From Sphaerodactylus townsendi (Eukaryota), in assembly GCF_021028975.2 (NCBI RefSeq), contig NC_059434.1, positions 24,800,001 through 24,864,000 on the forward strand: DNA of 64,000 nucleotides. The letters are read 5' to 3'. Both the position numbers and the translations under genes were made by a program. Numbering within the stretch: position 1 is the stretch's first letter; the number at the start of each line of letters is the position of its first letter. Under the pieces are notes generated by a model. It was given only the letters and a program-made list of their open reading frames with translations. It searched no databases and was not told where the DNA came from. Positions 10,599 to 25,003 of the stretch are shown here, one piece after another.

Positions 10599-13359
10599 GT
10601 AAGTAGCACAACACTAAAGAGTGGGGGGACTATTTCCATGATCCAGTGTCCAATAGGGCATAAATAAGTAGCAAAGAGTGTGAGTTGGGAGTCAGGAAAT
10701 GCTGGTTCAGAGCTCAACTCAGTCAGAAACTGACTACATGAACTTAAGTAAACTACTGTTTTGCAATAGGGAAATGATAATATTGACCTGTTTTACAAGG
10801 GTGTTGTAACAAATGACTGAAATAATACATGTGAAGTGCTTGAAATATTCTGTTAACTGATATTTAGCAGGGACTGTCTGGGTGGTGTGGGTTCCTGTAC
10901 AGTTCTCAACTGTAATTTATTTACAAGTTTAAAAAGTCAGCAGTTTGTTAATTTGTGAGCAAAATTGGAAAATGGTTGGGAAAATTATCTGTTGGAACGC
11001 TAATGGAATGAATTCTCCGGTAAAAAGAAGGAAAAAAAATAGTTTGGAAATTTTAATTGTATCGCACTGTGTGAGATTTTTTTTTGTGGAGGGGGGGACA
11101 GTTTAAAGATTGTACCAGAGAAATTAATACTCCACTTCTTGAATGCTGGCTGCGCTATAAAACATATTTTCGTGGGCTTGTTTTCAGGTCAGTCAGCTCA
11201 GAGTTAGTTTGTCTGCCCTATGAAGCACTTTTGACATCAAGATAGTCTAACTCACCATAATTTGTAGTTTCCTTCTCTTTTCAGGTTGTTGGAATTGTAA
11301 TTAACTGTTTAGAACTAATAATTTTCCTAAGAGTCAAATTTCAAAGAAACAGAAAGATACATGAATTTGTTATATTAGGTCAGATACATTGTGTTTGCTG
11401 CTATATCTAATACACACAAACAATTTCCTAAACTGTTAGCTTGTGGATTTTTTTATTTTTTTGCTTTGCTAGCATTTTATTTCTGGCAAGTACTGCAGAA
11501 TTTCTTTCTTTCTTTCCTTTCTTTTTTCCTTTTGCTTCAGATTTCAGTAAGGCTGCACACTTATTTAGATATTTAACACTTTTGGGCCCTTGATATTTTG
11601 AGTTCAGCAACAGAAATGTAGTTATTATGTAGACATAATTTATTTCTATACGTAACCACAAATTAAGTTATTTTGATAATGGTGCAGAAATAATAATTGG
11701 AAGATGTGTGTGTATGTTTCTGAATAGTTAACTATGTAAAATCTCTTGTGAAAAGAGATTTTTTTCCTCATGGAAAACATTTTCGGTTCTCCTAACTTGA
11801 TAATATGTGAAATCATAGCACAGACACAACACCTTATACTGTAACCAAGGATATACAGACAATAATTATTTGGATTGTGTTATTCCATTATAGTCTACTG
11901 TTTAAAACAAGTGCCTTATTATGACAAATTCTTGGAGGAAACGTATAAGGGTGCACTGATACTGTCTTGGTAGGTATTTCCAAATAAAATGAAAAACCAA
12001 AAGTGTGCATAAAATGATGTTCAGGCTTTCTCCTTAAAAAGTGGTAGAAACTGTGTTGTGTAAAAACAGATGGCTAGAAAGAAAGTCTAGGCTATAGAAT
12101 GTAAGGAAAAAATAAAGCAGGGAACTCTCGCCCATACTGTCTTCTGAATTGATCTGATGAATACATAGAAGTTGTATTTTTAAAGGTGACAATGAATGGA
12201 AGCATGGTTCTGGAGTAAAGACTTCTTTCATGATCTGAAGCCAATGCCATGAAAGTCTGTTATTTAATAATCTTCACTTGTTGTTCCTGGTTTGGCTTAT
12301 TCAAGGTTTGGGTGGTGTTTTGCAATCTTTGAAGAGGCTATTGTCAAAACCCCTTCCCAAACCATCATTGTTCTTTGCTTAATGTCTGCACATTTCTTAT
12401 TTACATCTAGTATTTGCTTGCTGTTCAGTGGACCGAAATGACTAAAACTTAAGTAAAGAGTGGGAAGTTTACTAGGGGATTTCAAAACCTGCCTATATTG
12501 CTGAAATCCACGTGGATAATTTACATCCTTCAGTTTGCTTGACTAAGGGCTTCACCCTGACCTCTATGCTCCCGTAACTTCAAAGGAGAACTAAATTTCA
12601 CTTAAATACTTAATATTACTTAACAAATACTTAACAAACACTTAATATGCTTGATAGCAGAATTGTGCAAAGAGAAACTGTATAATATTCTCTTGTTCCA
12701 AAATCATTTCAAAAGGAAAATCACATTTATGTCAGACAGTCCTATAAACAATTCAAGAATGACCTTTTAAATTGTTTAAAACTGTTTGGGGAAGTGTTAT
12801 AGCATCAGTGAAACACTGTCAATCAGTCTTCTTTTAACAATACTAGAAACCATTCTAGATTTTGCTTTCAACAAGAAATTTGTGTATACTATTAGACTCT
12901 TAAAGGTTGTATATCCCAGTGAATTGAACTATCTTCCCTCCAGGATCAATAAAAATGCTAGACTTCTTGTTTTTTAAACAACCACATAATGAACCACTTT
13001 GGAAACTATAGGACTTCCCAAAGCAGGTTTTGACATGCCCCGATGCTCCTGCCTTACACGGGCCTCCAAGGTAGCAAATAATTTAAAACATATGTGATAA
13101 TATGTATTAAAACCATTAAAATGAACCCCTCCCAAACATACCAGATTAAGACAACTTTTAAAAGAGTTAAAAACATAATTAAAATACATTTAAAGCAGTT
13201 ATAATGCACACTAACTCCATGAACTCCATTGATGTCAATCACAATCCCCTCTACGTGGTTCTATGTTGAAAGAGTGGAACACAAATGCCATCTTGGTAGT
13301 TCATGCTTGTATTGGCTGTGTACTGTTTCCTTCAAGGGAGTGTAACTTCACCCACAATG

Positions 13360-14630
13360 GGTGACACCTTAAATCCTAGGTTGGACCTTCCGCCCACCAG
13401 TAGCACTTCTGTCTTGTTGGGATTAAGGTTCAGTTTATCAGCTTGAACACACTCCAAAACTGCCTCCAGGCCCTGGTTCAGGGTTTCTACAGCCCCCACC
13501 CCCGGGATCAGCTGGAACTCCTGAGTGTCACCTGCATATTGGTGACTACCCAGCCCAAATCTCTAGATCACCTCACCAAGCAGTTTCATGTTTAAAAGCA
13601 TAGGGATGCAATATGGAATCTTGTGGGATTCCATAGGTCAAAGTGCTGAACAGCTGTCCCCCAGCACCACCTTCTAAGAGTTACCCTCTGGATAGGACCA
13701 GAACCACCATAGATTGGTGCCTGCCAAACCTAGTTCAGATAGGTTGTCCAGAAGGATGCTTTGATTGATGGTTTGGAAAGCTGTTGAAAGGTTTAGGAGA
13801 ATCAACATTCTTTCTGCCCATCTCTTGATGCAAGTCATCTACCAGAGAGACCAAGGCTATTTCTGCCCCCTTAACCAGCCATGAAATCCAGTTGGAAGAG
13901 ATCTAAACAATTTGGCTTATCCAGGAATTGTGTCAGTTGACCAGGTCATTTCATTTCAGAGGTCAAACCAGGGCATCCACTTGAACACCAACCATATCAA
14001 CAGGAAATTCCCCTAGAGCCGTGGTGGCGAACCTTTGGCACTCCAGATGTTATGGACTACAATTCCCATCACCCCCTGCCATCATAGCAATTGGCCATGC
14101 TGGCAGGGGCTGATGGGAATTGTAGTCCATAACATCTGGAGTGCCAAAGGTTCGCCACCACTGCCCTAGAGCCATCCTCTGGCTCTGGGGATGGATCATC
14201 TTAATAAATCCTCCACCCCCTGCAGAGTCTTGCTATCCCTGTAAGTCTAAATCCAAGCAGGTGGTAAACTGTCCATGACAAAAGAACAATGGTCAGTTCC
14301 TCCACCTCAGATCATATCCCTCTTGCCCAGAACAAAATACCGGATCAAGAATGTGACCTGCATGATATGTAGAACCAGTTACTACCTGAGAAAGGTTCAT
14401 GGTTGTTATGGAGGCCATGGATTCTTGAGCCACTCCTGAAAAGACAGGTTTGACATCTCCCATTACAACCAGCAGGGGAGTCTGCAGCACCACCCTCAAG
14501 ACCAGCTCAGTCAGGTAGAGACACTCTTTGGCAGCAGGGTGGGCAGTACACCAACAGAATCCCAATTCTGTCTCTCAATCCCAAAGAACACACCCTCAAA
14601 ACTAGTAGCATTCTGGATGGAGCATTGTGC
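13360..14630 (-). mobile_element. Degenerate L2-type LINE fragment (RT/endonuclease region)
   Basis: Minus-strand remnants GIPQDSIL and YAGDTQ (YADDTQ-like) and AGHILDPVF; interrupted by a MITE. Confidence 0.75.
14019..14163. mobile_element. Palindromic hAT MITE
   Basis: Near-perfect fold-back; perfect 8-bp TSD CCCTAGAG. Confidence 0.9.
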
Positions 14631-17600
14631 TAGACTACAGCAACACCACCTCCTGACCCACCAAATGTATCACTTTGATCATGTGTCACTGAGTCCCCTG
14701 GAGGACACAACTGAGAGAGGTTAACATCTCCCCTACCACTTGCCAAGTTGTGCATATGTAGGTTATACGTAGGTGTCCACAGAGCAGGATGAATGCATGG
14801 GAGTGAGGCCAGTGAACATCACCATATTCCCCTCTCATGTGCTCACTGATTAACTTAGTTAAAAGGGGTTTTCTACACATGGTGAACCACATCTGACTTA
14901 TCTAGAGTGCACATACTTATGTCAGTCATCACACATCTGGCAGCCAGAAGCAAACTATCATGCAATATTTTACTATTCTCAAAATTGATCTATCTCTAAA
15001 ATTTCCTGTACACTTGTGAGTCTTCCTAGTGTTCTATATATTCCAAGGGCATAAGTTTAGCCACTGTTTGATGCAGACTAGCAATTTCCAATTTCCCCTT
15101 CCTGCTGTAGACCCCCCCCTCGTCAGTCTTCAGGGTTTCCTACAGGAGCCAGCATTTTACTGAGATGGTGGGCTGCAGTGGGAAAGGGGCCACAGCAAAG
15201 TTAGATTCCACAAATGGAAAATGTAACTTAGACCCAAAATGTTGCCTAGATCCAGGGTGCTAGGCTAGATAGACCTCTGATTGAGAAAGAGGATTATTCA
15301 TAAGCATAGACCATGATTTCGACCCCCTCAAAAAACCTAGTTTCCCCCAGTACTCTGCTAGTTGCTCTATCAACATGAATATAAAAAAAACCTTTCTCTG
15401 AATAATTACAATCTATATTTCCTAGAAATGTGTTTCAGTAAAAATGTTGCTGCCATTCAGCACATCCTTTTTGAAGCAAACCAATGGGAATGCAAAATGT
15501 GGAAAAAAGCTTAGTTGTTTGAGAAAATTGAACTTTATGGAGGCAACTATAATATTTAATGAACCTTCAGTTTGTTCCAGATTATGAGTGCACAGACTGA
15601 CTGTTCTGTTTGTTGTACATCTCAAAAAACAGAGCTGAGCTGCAGTGAAGACACTTCTAACCAGCGAGCCTATCTGTAAACCTCAGTCAGCACTCTGGAC
15701 AGCTCCTGATGTACTTCAGCTGCCTTAGGCAGTGTTACATGGACCTGCAAAAGCTGCGGGGATATACATGTTCAGTATTGCCAGTACTGAACTATTTCAA
15801 AGTAAAATAGTAGATGTGCCAAACCTACAGTATAGTTAAGCCAATACAATCAGTGAGTGCAGCAGAGAAACCATGGTAGCATACCATTGATCTGCAAATA
15901 TACATAGGAAGGGAATCACTGTATGAAAGCTATAACTCTGTCAAACTCTGTCAAACACACATGAATGAAAATGTCATTTCCTTACATTTTCAAAATGCAT
16001 TGAAATTAATATGCTAGTCCAGAACTGAAGACTGCAGGATATTTTAAACACATTATTCCCTTGTGTTTCCACTCAGCTGAAAACAGCACACAGTGTCTGT
16101 GATGTCACCACATAATTTAAGGAGGAAAAGGGAGTGGGTGGCCAGTGAGCAAAACTCTTAGTGTTGGTTAGGATTCCACAGGGTCCATCACTAAGATGGA
16201 TTTCACAACAGATCTTCTGCAACCAGCTCTCTCCTCCTTTCAAACGGAAATTCCTTCAACTGATTAATAAATTGTTCCTGATTATCATAAGGGCTGTTGC
16301 AAGGCAATGAACTGCAAAGAAAAGAAGAGAGGACAAGGAATTTGCACAGAGATGCACTGGGTGCACATAAAACTTTTTAGAACAGGGCACCTTTCTTTAC
16401 AGTTGCACTGAGGACTTTGACATGTTAAGAACTTTCTTATAAAACTAGAACACACATATGTACTTGTGATGAAGTTGTCCTATAACTGTATCTGTAACTG
16501 TATTACAAAAAGTCACACTAGCCTAACAAGCTCTTTGATCTCCGGATGGAGGACCAAAAGGTGGTAACCAAGAGGAAGCCCTGTACATCAAAGGCTAGAT
16601 TGCCTCATGGCAGGAAGCAAATTTTCCTGGGAAGTAAGGGACAAAGACTTGGGTGATTCTAATCCAGGCTGAGCACGTGTGTGCGTCTCGGAGCTCAAGC
16701 GTGCTAAAACAAGCTGAGAAATATTTGTATCAAACATTTTATTATTTTCTGTTTTTATTTTCAATAAAAATCATTGAGAACTCAGCTGGTTTCAGAGTAT
16801 CTGGAAAAAAGAACCCAGGGTTTTAGGAACAAGCATGGCTCTCCAAGGCTTGATTTCGTGATACGGTGGCAGCTTTTGTGGTTCCAGTACTCTATTTGGG
16901 CACATTCTTGGTTTGATTTCATGACAGTATTCTTTACCCTTTCCCCCTTAATATAATGTAACAGTGTATTAATGCATGCTTGCCATCCATACCTTTCCTG
17001 ACTCCCCAATAAGAGTGTTTTCTGAGGACAACCATGCAACTTCAACCTCTGCCAACCTCTGGGATCATGAAGGAGCAGACAGGTTTAGCTAAAGGAATTC
17101 AGTAATACATCCAGGAATTCAATGATAACATGGTTGCGACAGTTCTAATTCATCAATTACAAAAGGCTTTAATAGTATAAATTGAAGGAGTGCCACAATG
17201 GCCAGGAAGGGGGCAAGTTTCCATTCAGATCATCTGTGGTAAAGTCTCTGTACTGCTTTAAAGGGCAGCACAATAATTCACATGAAATAACACAGGAATT
17301 GATCAATTCATAACAAAAGTCACTACACTTTTGCCATAAAACTTCCTACAGTAAATTAGCTTGTTTTTATTTAAAAAATACTAACCATTTATTTATGACA
17401 TTTCAATTTGCTTTTTTCCCAGAAAGACTCAAGGCAGGCTCTCATTCACATTTTTAAACCTTTTACTGTCTCTAAAAGAGCTATTTACCTTATGATCTTC
17501 TGCTTATCATTTTTGTCAATAAATGTTATAGGAATGCAGGATACAGTATATCTGCTAAAAGCAACCAGGCTTTGCATGTTTCAGAGGCTTCTGTTCTCCA

Positions 17601-17663
17601 CTTACCATCATGCAGTGTTTCTAATAGCATCCATTTTGAGTTGCCTTGTTTTCCCCCTTGCAG

Positions 17664-17794
17664 TGACCAAAAGAGAAGAAGTTCAAATATCTATGGTGAA
17701 ACATTTTAGAGTAGGCCTTGATGAGAAGTATGAAATCTCTGAAAAATGGTTTCTCAATGACCTGGAGATGATTGATGGAAAAGAAGCAGATACT
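17664..17794 (+). CDS. EXOC1L: EXOC1L coding exon 2
   Basis: [44 protein letters not shown]; canonical AG/GT; 131 nt. Confidence 0.95.
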
Positions 17795-18039
17795 GTGAGT
17801 GTTGCATTTTATTATAAGGCATATTCGTTCTTCAGTTTGTGATGCAATTGCTGGAGCACAGGATTAATGTTAAGAGTTATTACGTTAAAATGGCATCATG
17901 GGATTTCAGGCTCAATATTTCTCAGCATCTCTAAACTATGCTTGCTCAACTGTATAAGCAGTCTCGGATACAGATGGGGAAGTGCCTGCCAATAACCTTT
18001 TTATGATTGCTCTGGACTCCATACAGTTTAGATACAGAC

Positions 18040-18040
<1 letters not shown>

Positions 18041-18087
<47 letters not shown>
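18041..18087. repeat. (AC)n microsatellite
   Basis: About 23 AC units. Confidence 0.98.
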
Positions 18088-18089
<2 letters not shown>

Positions 18090-19230
18090 CATCTCCAGAG
18101 TCCCTGCTGATCCCATTGCTTAGAACAAAACACCTTTCTAGGAAGAAACTGGGCACTGACACGAAAATTATATTGTACTGCATTATATTGCTGCATTAAA
18201 AATGAAGCATATTTGGGATTAAGCAGCAAATTTCTCTTTGCAGAATGGATGGGATAAGCATTCATAGGTTGCTTTGCATTCTGCATGGCATTGTTTTGTA
18301 TATGTGTATGCTGAAGTAATATTGGATCATAACCGGCTGGCCATTCTACTGGTAAAAAATATCTATTCTGAATCGAGCAGATGTGATTACAATGAGCCCA
18401 CTGTTGATCCTTACTGGTCCAGATAGCAGATCAAAGACTGTCAGGGTTTGGAAAGGCTACATCCTCCAAAACAATGTGTGTGCCACAAAAACAGTGTTGG
18501 TTGAGATGTTTTATATGCAATACCTACCCCTTTAGCTAGTCTCTTGTGTATATCAGGTTTACTGTGTTTGGGTGGCTGCATCTTCTAGTCGCCCATTTCA
18601 CAGAGTGATGTCGAGCATGAGAATGATACGACAACTCTGCTCTTGAGATGAAAGGTGATTTGCCCCTTTTCTCATGTCCAGGTGTAACATGATAGGAATT
18701 CAAGCCTCTTCTGGATTGGAATGTTTACTAGTTGCGCATATAGATCTTTCTCTACATACTGCCTGGCCCTATTAAACCTCTCCTACAAGTCACTCCAGTG
18801 ACATTCTGCTTTTAACTGGTGGTAATGTAAGAACCAAACAGTAACCAGGTTCTGTTGGTGCTATCGATAAGTTTCAGAAAGACAGAAAACCATTATCGGC
18901 AGCAGAAGCTGTTCTAAAAAAGATACCAACTTAACTACATCTTCCCCAGGGTGGTATTAGCACAGTACATTTCAGGAACACATTAAAACTATTTAAGGAG
19001 GCAAAATTTCTATGTCAGCAAAAATACTGCTGACTTCTGTGAGTGTATTTCTCTGTCTTGTGAAGGACTGGCATGGGAACAGCTCAAGCTTTGGAAATAT
19101 TTCCAAAATCTATTTTGGCTTTATAAATACTTGATGAATTCACAATAATGTGCCAAATGCTACAAGGTGGCTGAGAAGTTTTCAGTGCTGTAATAAAAAT
19201 AATAACTATTCTCTCTTCTTTTTTTAAAAG

Positions 19231-19500
19231 GATAATCCATGGTTTGATATGCATTTCAAGAAAGTCTATAGTTGGGAAGCTTACAGCTGTGCCTCTAAGT
19301 ATGCGTTTGCCCGAACATTAAATAAACTGAATGAGATGTACCTCCAAAAGGACCTGAAGATTGTGAACTTTGATTATACCTACATCAATGATGACTCATT
19401 CTGGTCTTCCAACAATGGAGACTGTCTGGTTCTTATGAGGATCTGCTTCTATGCGTCTAACCTTCTTTGTCTGTCTCTGTGCCCTCTGCCAATAGGGTGA
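19231..19500 (+). CDS. EXOC1L: EXOC1L coding exon 3 with stop codon
   Basis: [29 protein letters not shown]...[11 protein letters not shown]; total CDS 522 nt = 173 aa. Confidence 0.95.
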   Translation, partial: DNPWFDMHFKKVYSWEAYSCASKYAFARTLNKLNEMYLQKDLKIVNFDYTYINDDSFWSSNNGDCLVLMRICFYASNLLCLSLCPLPIG

Positions 19501-19705
19501 GAAGCTATCATTCTTGCCTCATTTTGGACAGGAGTACTGTACTGTATCAGCAGTTGTAGTTTTCACTATCATTAACATGGTTTAAGCATTTACTTCAAAA
19601 AGACAGGCACTACAATATATGTGTGTTTAAATATGAATTCCTACCTAGCTATTTTAATCACATTGTCAGATGTTATGTACCCTACAAATTTACCTCACAC
19701 TAGTC

Positions 19706-20140
19706 CAGGGGTAGGGAACCTGCAGCTCGAGAGCCGCATGCGGCTCTTCTGCCCTTGCACTGTGGCTCCACGAGCCGAGCCACCGGCCCCATCCTTGCCC
19801 GCCCTGCAGGCAGCAGGGCGGGTGCACCAACTGCCCACGGTCGGCTGGGCTGCGCTGCAGGTTTCCCCTCTCGCCCGCCCTGTTGGAGCGGGGCGGGCGC
19901 TTTTCCAGCGGCTGGCAAGGCTGAGCCACCGGCTTCATCCTTGCCTGCCCTGCAGGTAGCAGGGCGGGCGCATCCATGCGCTTCTTAGAATGAGCAGAGT
20001 AAAAGGTTAAAAAAAACCCTATATATATAGTGTTATCTTTATTTTAAATGTCAAAAATTATTTGCGGCTCCAAGTGTTTTCTTTTCCTGTGGAAAACGGG
20101 TCCAAATGGCTCCTTGAGTGTTAAAGGTTCCCTACCCCTG
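19706..20140. mobile_element. hAT MITE just downstream of the EXOC1L stop
   Basis: TIR CAGGGGTAGGGAACCT; perfect 8-bp TSD CACTAGTC; internal ~55-nt direct repeat. Confidence 0.9.
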
Positions 20141-20924
20141 CACTAGTCTGTCCTAAAGAATTCTGGGAATTATAGTTCAGTGAAGATTCTGGGTGTGCTT
20201 AGGAAGGGAAAAGTTGCCCTTCCTTGCATGCAATGATCTGAAGGGCCACATTTGTTACAGTTTTGGAAGATGATTTTCCATTTCTGATTCCTCTGGTCCT
20301 AATCTAACAGGATGCTTAGGATGCAATGAATATCCATTCATGCAATACCCAGTGTCGGGGAACTGACTGTAGCAAGTCTGCACAACTTGTGGTGTGCGAG
20401 AGCCTTGATAGACTTGCGTCACAAGCAAGTTTAGGAATGCACAACACTGGTGGAATCCAGGAGAGCACAAAGCAGACTGTAGGCTGCAATTTAGCTTTCT
20501 GGGTCACAGACTGTTCTGGGTTAGATGCTAAAAATATTTCCATTGCATCTGGATTGCAGCTGGCAGTGATGTGGATTTAGCAGATTCTAGAAACAAGGTC
20601 TAGATAAGCTTCCTCTATTATGACATCCAGATTTTTGCTTATGCATTGTTGAATAAAACATACCTTTTCCCCCCTTCAGTTTAGTTACTCTACAAGAGGC
20701 TATAGTTCATGGCTGAGTGTGCTGTGACAAGCTGACATGTGCTCATCTACCTTATGAGAAAGGTAGCTGATTCAAAAGCACTTTGCATGTTAGCTCAGGC
20801 ATATTTGTGTTTCTTATTACACCAAAATATCGTACAATAAAGAGCCCGAGGCACAGAGAGGTAAGCTGCAATACTGCAGTCAAAAGCTCTGCAGATGACC
20901 TGTATCCAATCCCAACCAAAGTAA

Positions 20925-21065
20925 GGCTCATTCCGCACATGCAGAATAATGCACTTTCAAACTGCTTTCAGTGCTCTTTGAAGCTGTGCGGAATGGCAAA
21001 ATCCACTTGCAAACAGTTGTGAAAGTGGTTTGAAAACGCTTTATTTTGCGTGTGCGGAAGGGGCC
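20925..21065. mobile_element. Short MITE-like repeat (TTCCGCACA ends); related copy at ~4085-4190
   Basis: Inverted ends TTCCGCACA/TGTGCGGAA; internal sequence shared between the two copies. Confidence 0.65.
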
Positions 21066-23308
21066 CCAGTTTCAGGTACCTTACTCAAGATTGGCTCAGC
21101 CTTCCATCCTTCTAAGGTCAGTAAAATGATTCCCCTACTTCTTGGGGAAAGCAATAGCAAACCAACCCATAAACGCAGTCTGCCTACTAACGATCATGAT
21201 GTGGCACCACCCCATGGGTCAATAATGATCCAGTGCTTGCCCAGGGTTCTACTTTCACCTATTATACAACAATGTAATATATTTTTTAAGTTTTATTGGT
21301 TTTGATTTAGAATGAACAAACACCAAGGTCGTGTGCCTCAAAATACAAACCTCAATAAACTGTGGGATAGTCCACAGTTATCAGCAGCAGCTTTGGAGTA
21401 AGCAGGGACTGCTGGTGAACTTGCAGCCAGGCTGTGCTCATTGAGAAATGCAGCTTATATTACTAGTCCTTCCATGTGTGAAGAAACTGTATATTCAGAC
21501 ATCAATGACAACTTTTGTTTCCTCCCTGTATAGTCTCTATATGAAGGAGCCAGTTCAAGTCAAATTGAACTTTTTTTAATCAGGGAAGTCCAGGCATGAA
21601 TCTCTGATGTCCCTGTTCATTCCCATGGTGTGAACAGGATCTGAGTTTGAATGAAGAAAAAAAATTAAAGATTTTTTAAAATAGTGGTTGATGATAGAGG
21701 CTGCTTTTCTGAGAACATATTGCTGTACATAAGCTCCGTTGAATAAAATGAAACTTCTGATAAGAACAACATAGACTGTGTAAGAGTGAGGGTTGGGAGG
21801 ACTTTCTGAATATCAGAGACTCCGACCTGATAGTTCCCTCTCCTCTCCTTGGGATAAGGTTGCCAGATCCAGGTTGGGAAACTCCTAGAAATTTGGCGAT
21901 GGAGCCTAGGAGGACAGAGTGGAGTAAATTACCATACATTCTACCCTCCAAAGCATCCATTTTCTCTAGGAAAACTAGTCTCTAAAGTCTGGAGAAAAAC
22001 TGTAATTCTAGGAGATCCCCAGGTTTCATCTAGAGGCTGCTTCCCTACCTTAGGGGAGGAATGTTGTTGTGACAATATTATGGGGTGTAGGAGACGTTAT
22101 TATTACATGTGCTACCAAATTAAACTATGGAACAGAAAAAAGTCCAAGTAGCAGGTAACCCTACCTCAGTTCTTAAGAAATATGTCCCATTCTTAGGAAA
22201 CAAGTACCACTGATTTCAGTGGAGTCAAGTAAGTGAGTCAGGGATCATAGCCTAAATCACAAACTCTAGTTAGCTGTTTTGAGGAAGATGTCATTGAAAA
22301 TATCTTAAACGTTAAACTCTTCTTAGAAGTCAGTTCTAACATGCTAATTCACCAGTTTTCTACATTTGGATTATTCAACCGTTATATTAATGCATTCCAG
22401 CTATTCATTTCCAATAATATAAAATCTAGCTTCGGGATGACACTGCAAACATTTTTTTTAAATGTCACTTTCATTTTCACAAATCTTAATGTCTTCTCAC
22501 ATTATCTTTTTAGATGTACATATGTGGATGTGACATATGTGGATGTCTGCAAAATGCCTATTGTACAAGGGTTCCTCCTCTGAAAACCAGGCTCAGCTGA
22601 TATTGGCCTTGGAGAATACATGTGATGGTCCTAGAGTAGAAAAAATCTATGGGAAAACCAAGGGCAAAAAAGTAGCTCCCAAGTACAGGGAAAAGCGTTA
22701 GGAGCCTTGTAGTACAAGTCTAAGAGCACTTTCCTGGAAGTAAACCCCATTGAATAAAATGGGACTAGTTTCAGAATCAACCTGCTTAGAATTGTTCTCA
22801 TAAACACCTATTATATTGTTTTCGGAAGAGTGCAGTGGTATTGTGGAATTATTTTTTCTCATGTCAGTAAGGATTCGGGGGTGGTAGAACATAATTTCCC
22901 TGCAGCAAAATTATAAACAGGCAATCTCTCAAATCATATAATCCAGCCCCATGCCGATGGAGAATTGTTCCCTGTACTGCTGCTTTTGAAAATGCTTGCA
23001 CCACACAGCTTTGAACATTTAGCCCAGCATTACCAATGGAAATTTAGGCCACCATTTTATTGGCTAGGGGTGGGGAGGTTGGAGGAAGGAATGAAAAGCT
23101 TTATGAATTTCTAGAAAACACGAAGGGCAGGGGTGGTTTACCACCACGATTCAAATTAGTCCTAGACGAAAGAATGGACGTTAAAGGGAAACCACATTGC
23201 TTGTCAAGATTGCTTGTCAAGATGTTTTCAAGACTACTTTAAATGGCATGATCATGCAGCATCAAAGATGTTCTTAGTCGCGCTGGGCCATTTGGCAAAG
23301 TGAAGAAT

Positions 23309-23527
23309 ATAGGGCTGCCAATCTCCAGGGGGTGGTTGGTGACCTCTGGGAATTACAGCTGGTCTCCAGGTTACAGAGATCAGTTTCCCTGGAGAAAACG
23401 GCTGCTTTGGAAGGCGGACTCTGGCATTATACCTCACTGAGGTCTTGCCACTCCCTTAACCTTTTCCTCCCCAGATGTCACCCTCCCCAAATCTCCAGGA
23501 ATTTCCCAATCCAAAATTGGCAACCTG
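23309..23527. mobile_element. Abundant short repeat with AGGGTTGCCA-type inverted ends; related copies at ~8425-8625, 21855-22050, 60113-60260 and 61540-61670
   Basis: Shared internal motif GCAGCCATTTTCTCCAGGGGAACT and inverted termini. Confidence 0.65.
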
Positions 23528-24195
23528 ACAGAGAAATGACATTCTTTAGTGTAACCTGGTAATTGAACAGCCAATATGAATACACAAATTTCAGTCGTGT
23601 TGCTAGACCAGCTGGAAACATCCTGGAGTGAGTGGTATAGTGCCGTGATGATCAAGCCAGCTAGGAATCGAGCCTCCAGAACTGGTTTGGGTTTGAGGAA
23701 ACTGAGAAACAGAAAGATGTTACAAGGAATCTTCTACTGCCTGAGTGTTTGTTTCTTACTTGCTAAATCTGGACACTTGTAAATAAATTATTACAAAGAT
23801 GCCATCAGTGTTCAGTGTTCTTTCTAATGAAGCTACAAAGGATGTTAGTATCTATTTCCCCTCCTAATAACAATCACCATGAGTGCTGTCTGACCCACCC
23901 TCAGTTAAACTGGTTGGTTGCCGGTGGTCAGGGATGATCAACGGATTTTTTTCTCAAAGGATAGGAGCTATTTTTCCTGAATGAGAAATTCATCCATACA
24001 GAAGGGAATCTGAGATGGATGGTCTGCAGGGCTGGGGATGTGAAAGACAGAAAATAACTTAGCAGTTCTGAACTGAAGTTTGATAGTCTAAGCAACCTGG
24101 GGACTGCTTTGGGAATCTGATGCAGAACTGGAGGATTTTGCTGCCTTCTGTAGGAGAATATTCGTTCTGTTTGTAAATCAAACAGGGATTACAAA

Positions 24196-24456
24196 TGGTT
24201 GCTGTGGGTTTCCTGGGCTGTGTGGCCGTGGTCTGGTAGATCTTGTTCCTAACGTTTCGCCAGCATCTGTGGCTGGCATCCTCAGAGGTGTGTGATACAC
24301 TCTCTGTGATCACAGAGAGTGTATCACACACCTCTGAAGATGCCAGCCACCGATGCAGGCGAAACGTTAGGAACAAGATCTACCAGACCATGGCCACACA
24401 GCCCAGGAAACCCACAGCAACCAGTTGAATCCGGCCGTTAAAACCTTCGACTCAGA
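24196..24456. mobile_element. Penelope-like element end in inverted (palindromic) arrangement
   Basis: 228-nt near-perfect palindrome centred at 24309/24310; flanking ATTACAAA duplication; hammerhead-like cores. Confidence 0.8.
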
Positions 24457-25003
24457 ATTACAAAGATAGAATAGCTTTCCAGAAAACTCATTCTTCCATA
24501 AAACCTTCTGCCACTCAGAGATGCCATTTGCTGCAAGTTTCTGAATATTTAGCACAGTGATTGAAGGGTTAGGACCTATTATTATTTTACATTAAACTGT
24601 ACCTGCCTTCTGTCTACTGCCCATCTTCAGTTTCAAGAAATATTTGCATAGTTATTCATTTACTTTGTTCCTACCCTGCCTTCCTCCTCACTGGGGACCC
24701 ACAGCAGCACCTTACATCTTCATCTTGTCGTCTATTTTATCCTCACAACTATCCTGTGAGGTAGGTTAACATGAGTGTATGTGACTGGCCCAAGGTCTCC
24801 CAGCAAGCTTCCGTGGCAAAGTGGGGATATCAAACCTGGGCCTCCCAGACACTCTAACCACTCCACCATACCAGTTCTCAGTGCTGTGAGTCCATAACCC
24901 ACCCTAAAAGATAATTTCTTTTGAATGTTGGCATAGTTTTTTCACCTGGAACCCTTTAGTACAACTCCCAACCTGGTTTCTACACATGACATTACTTGGT
25001 AAT

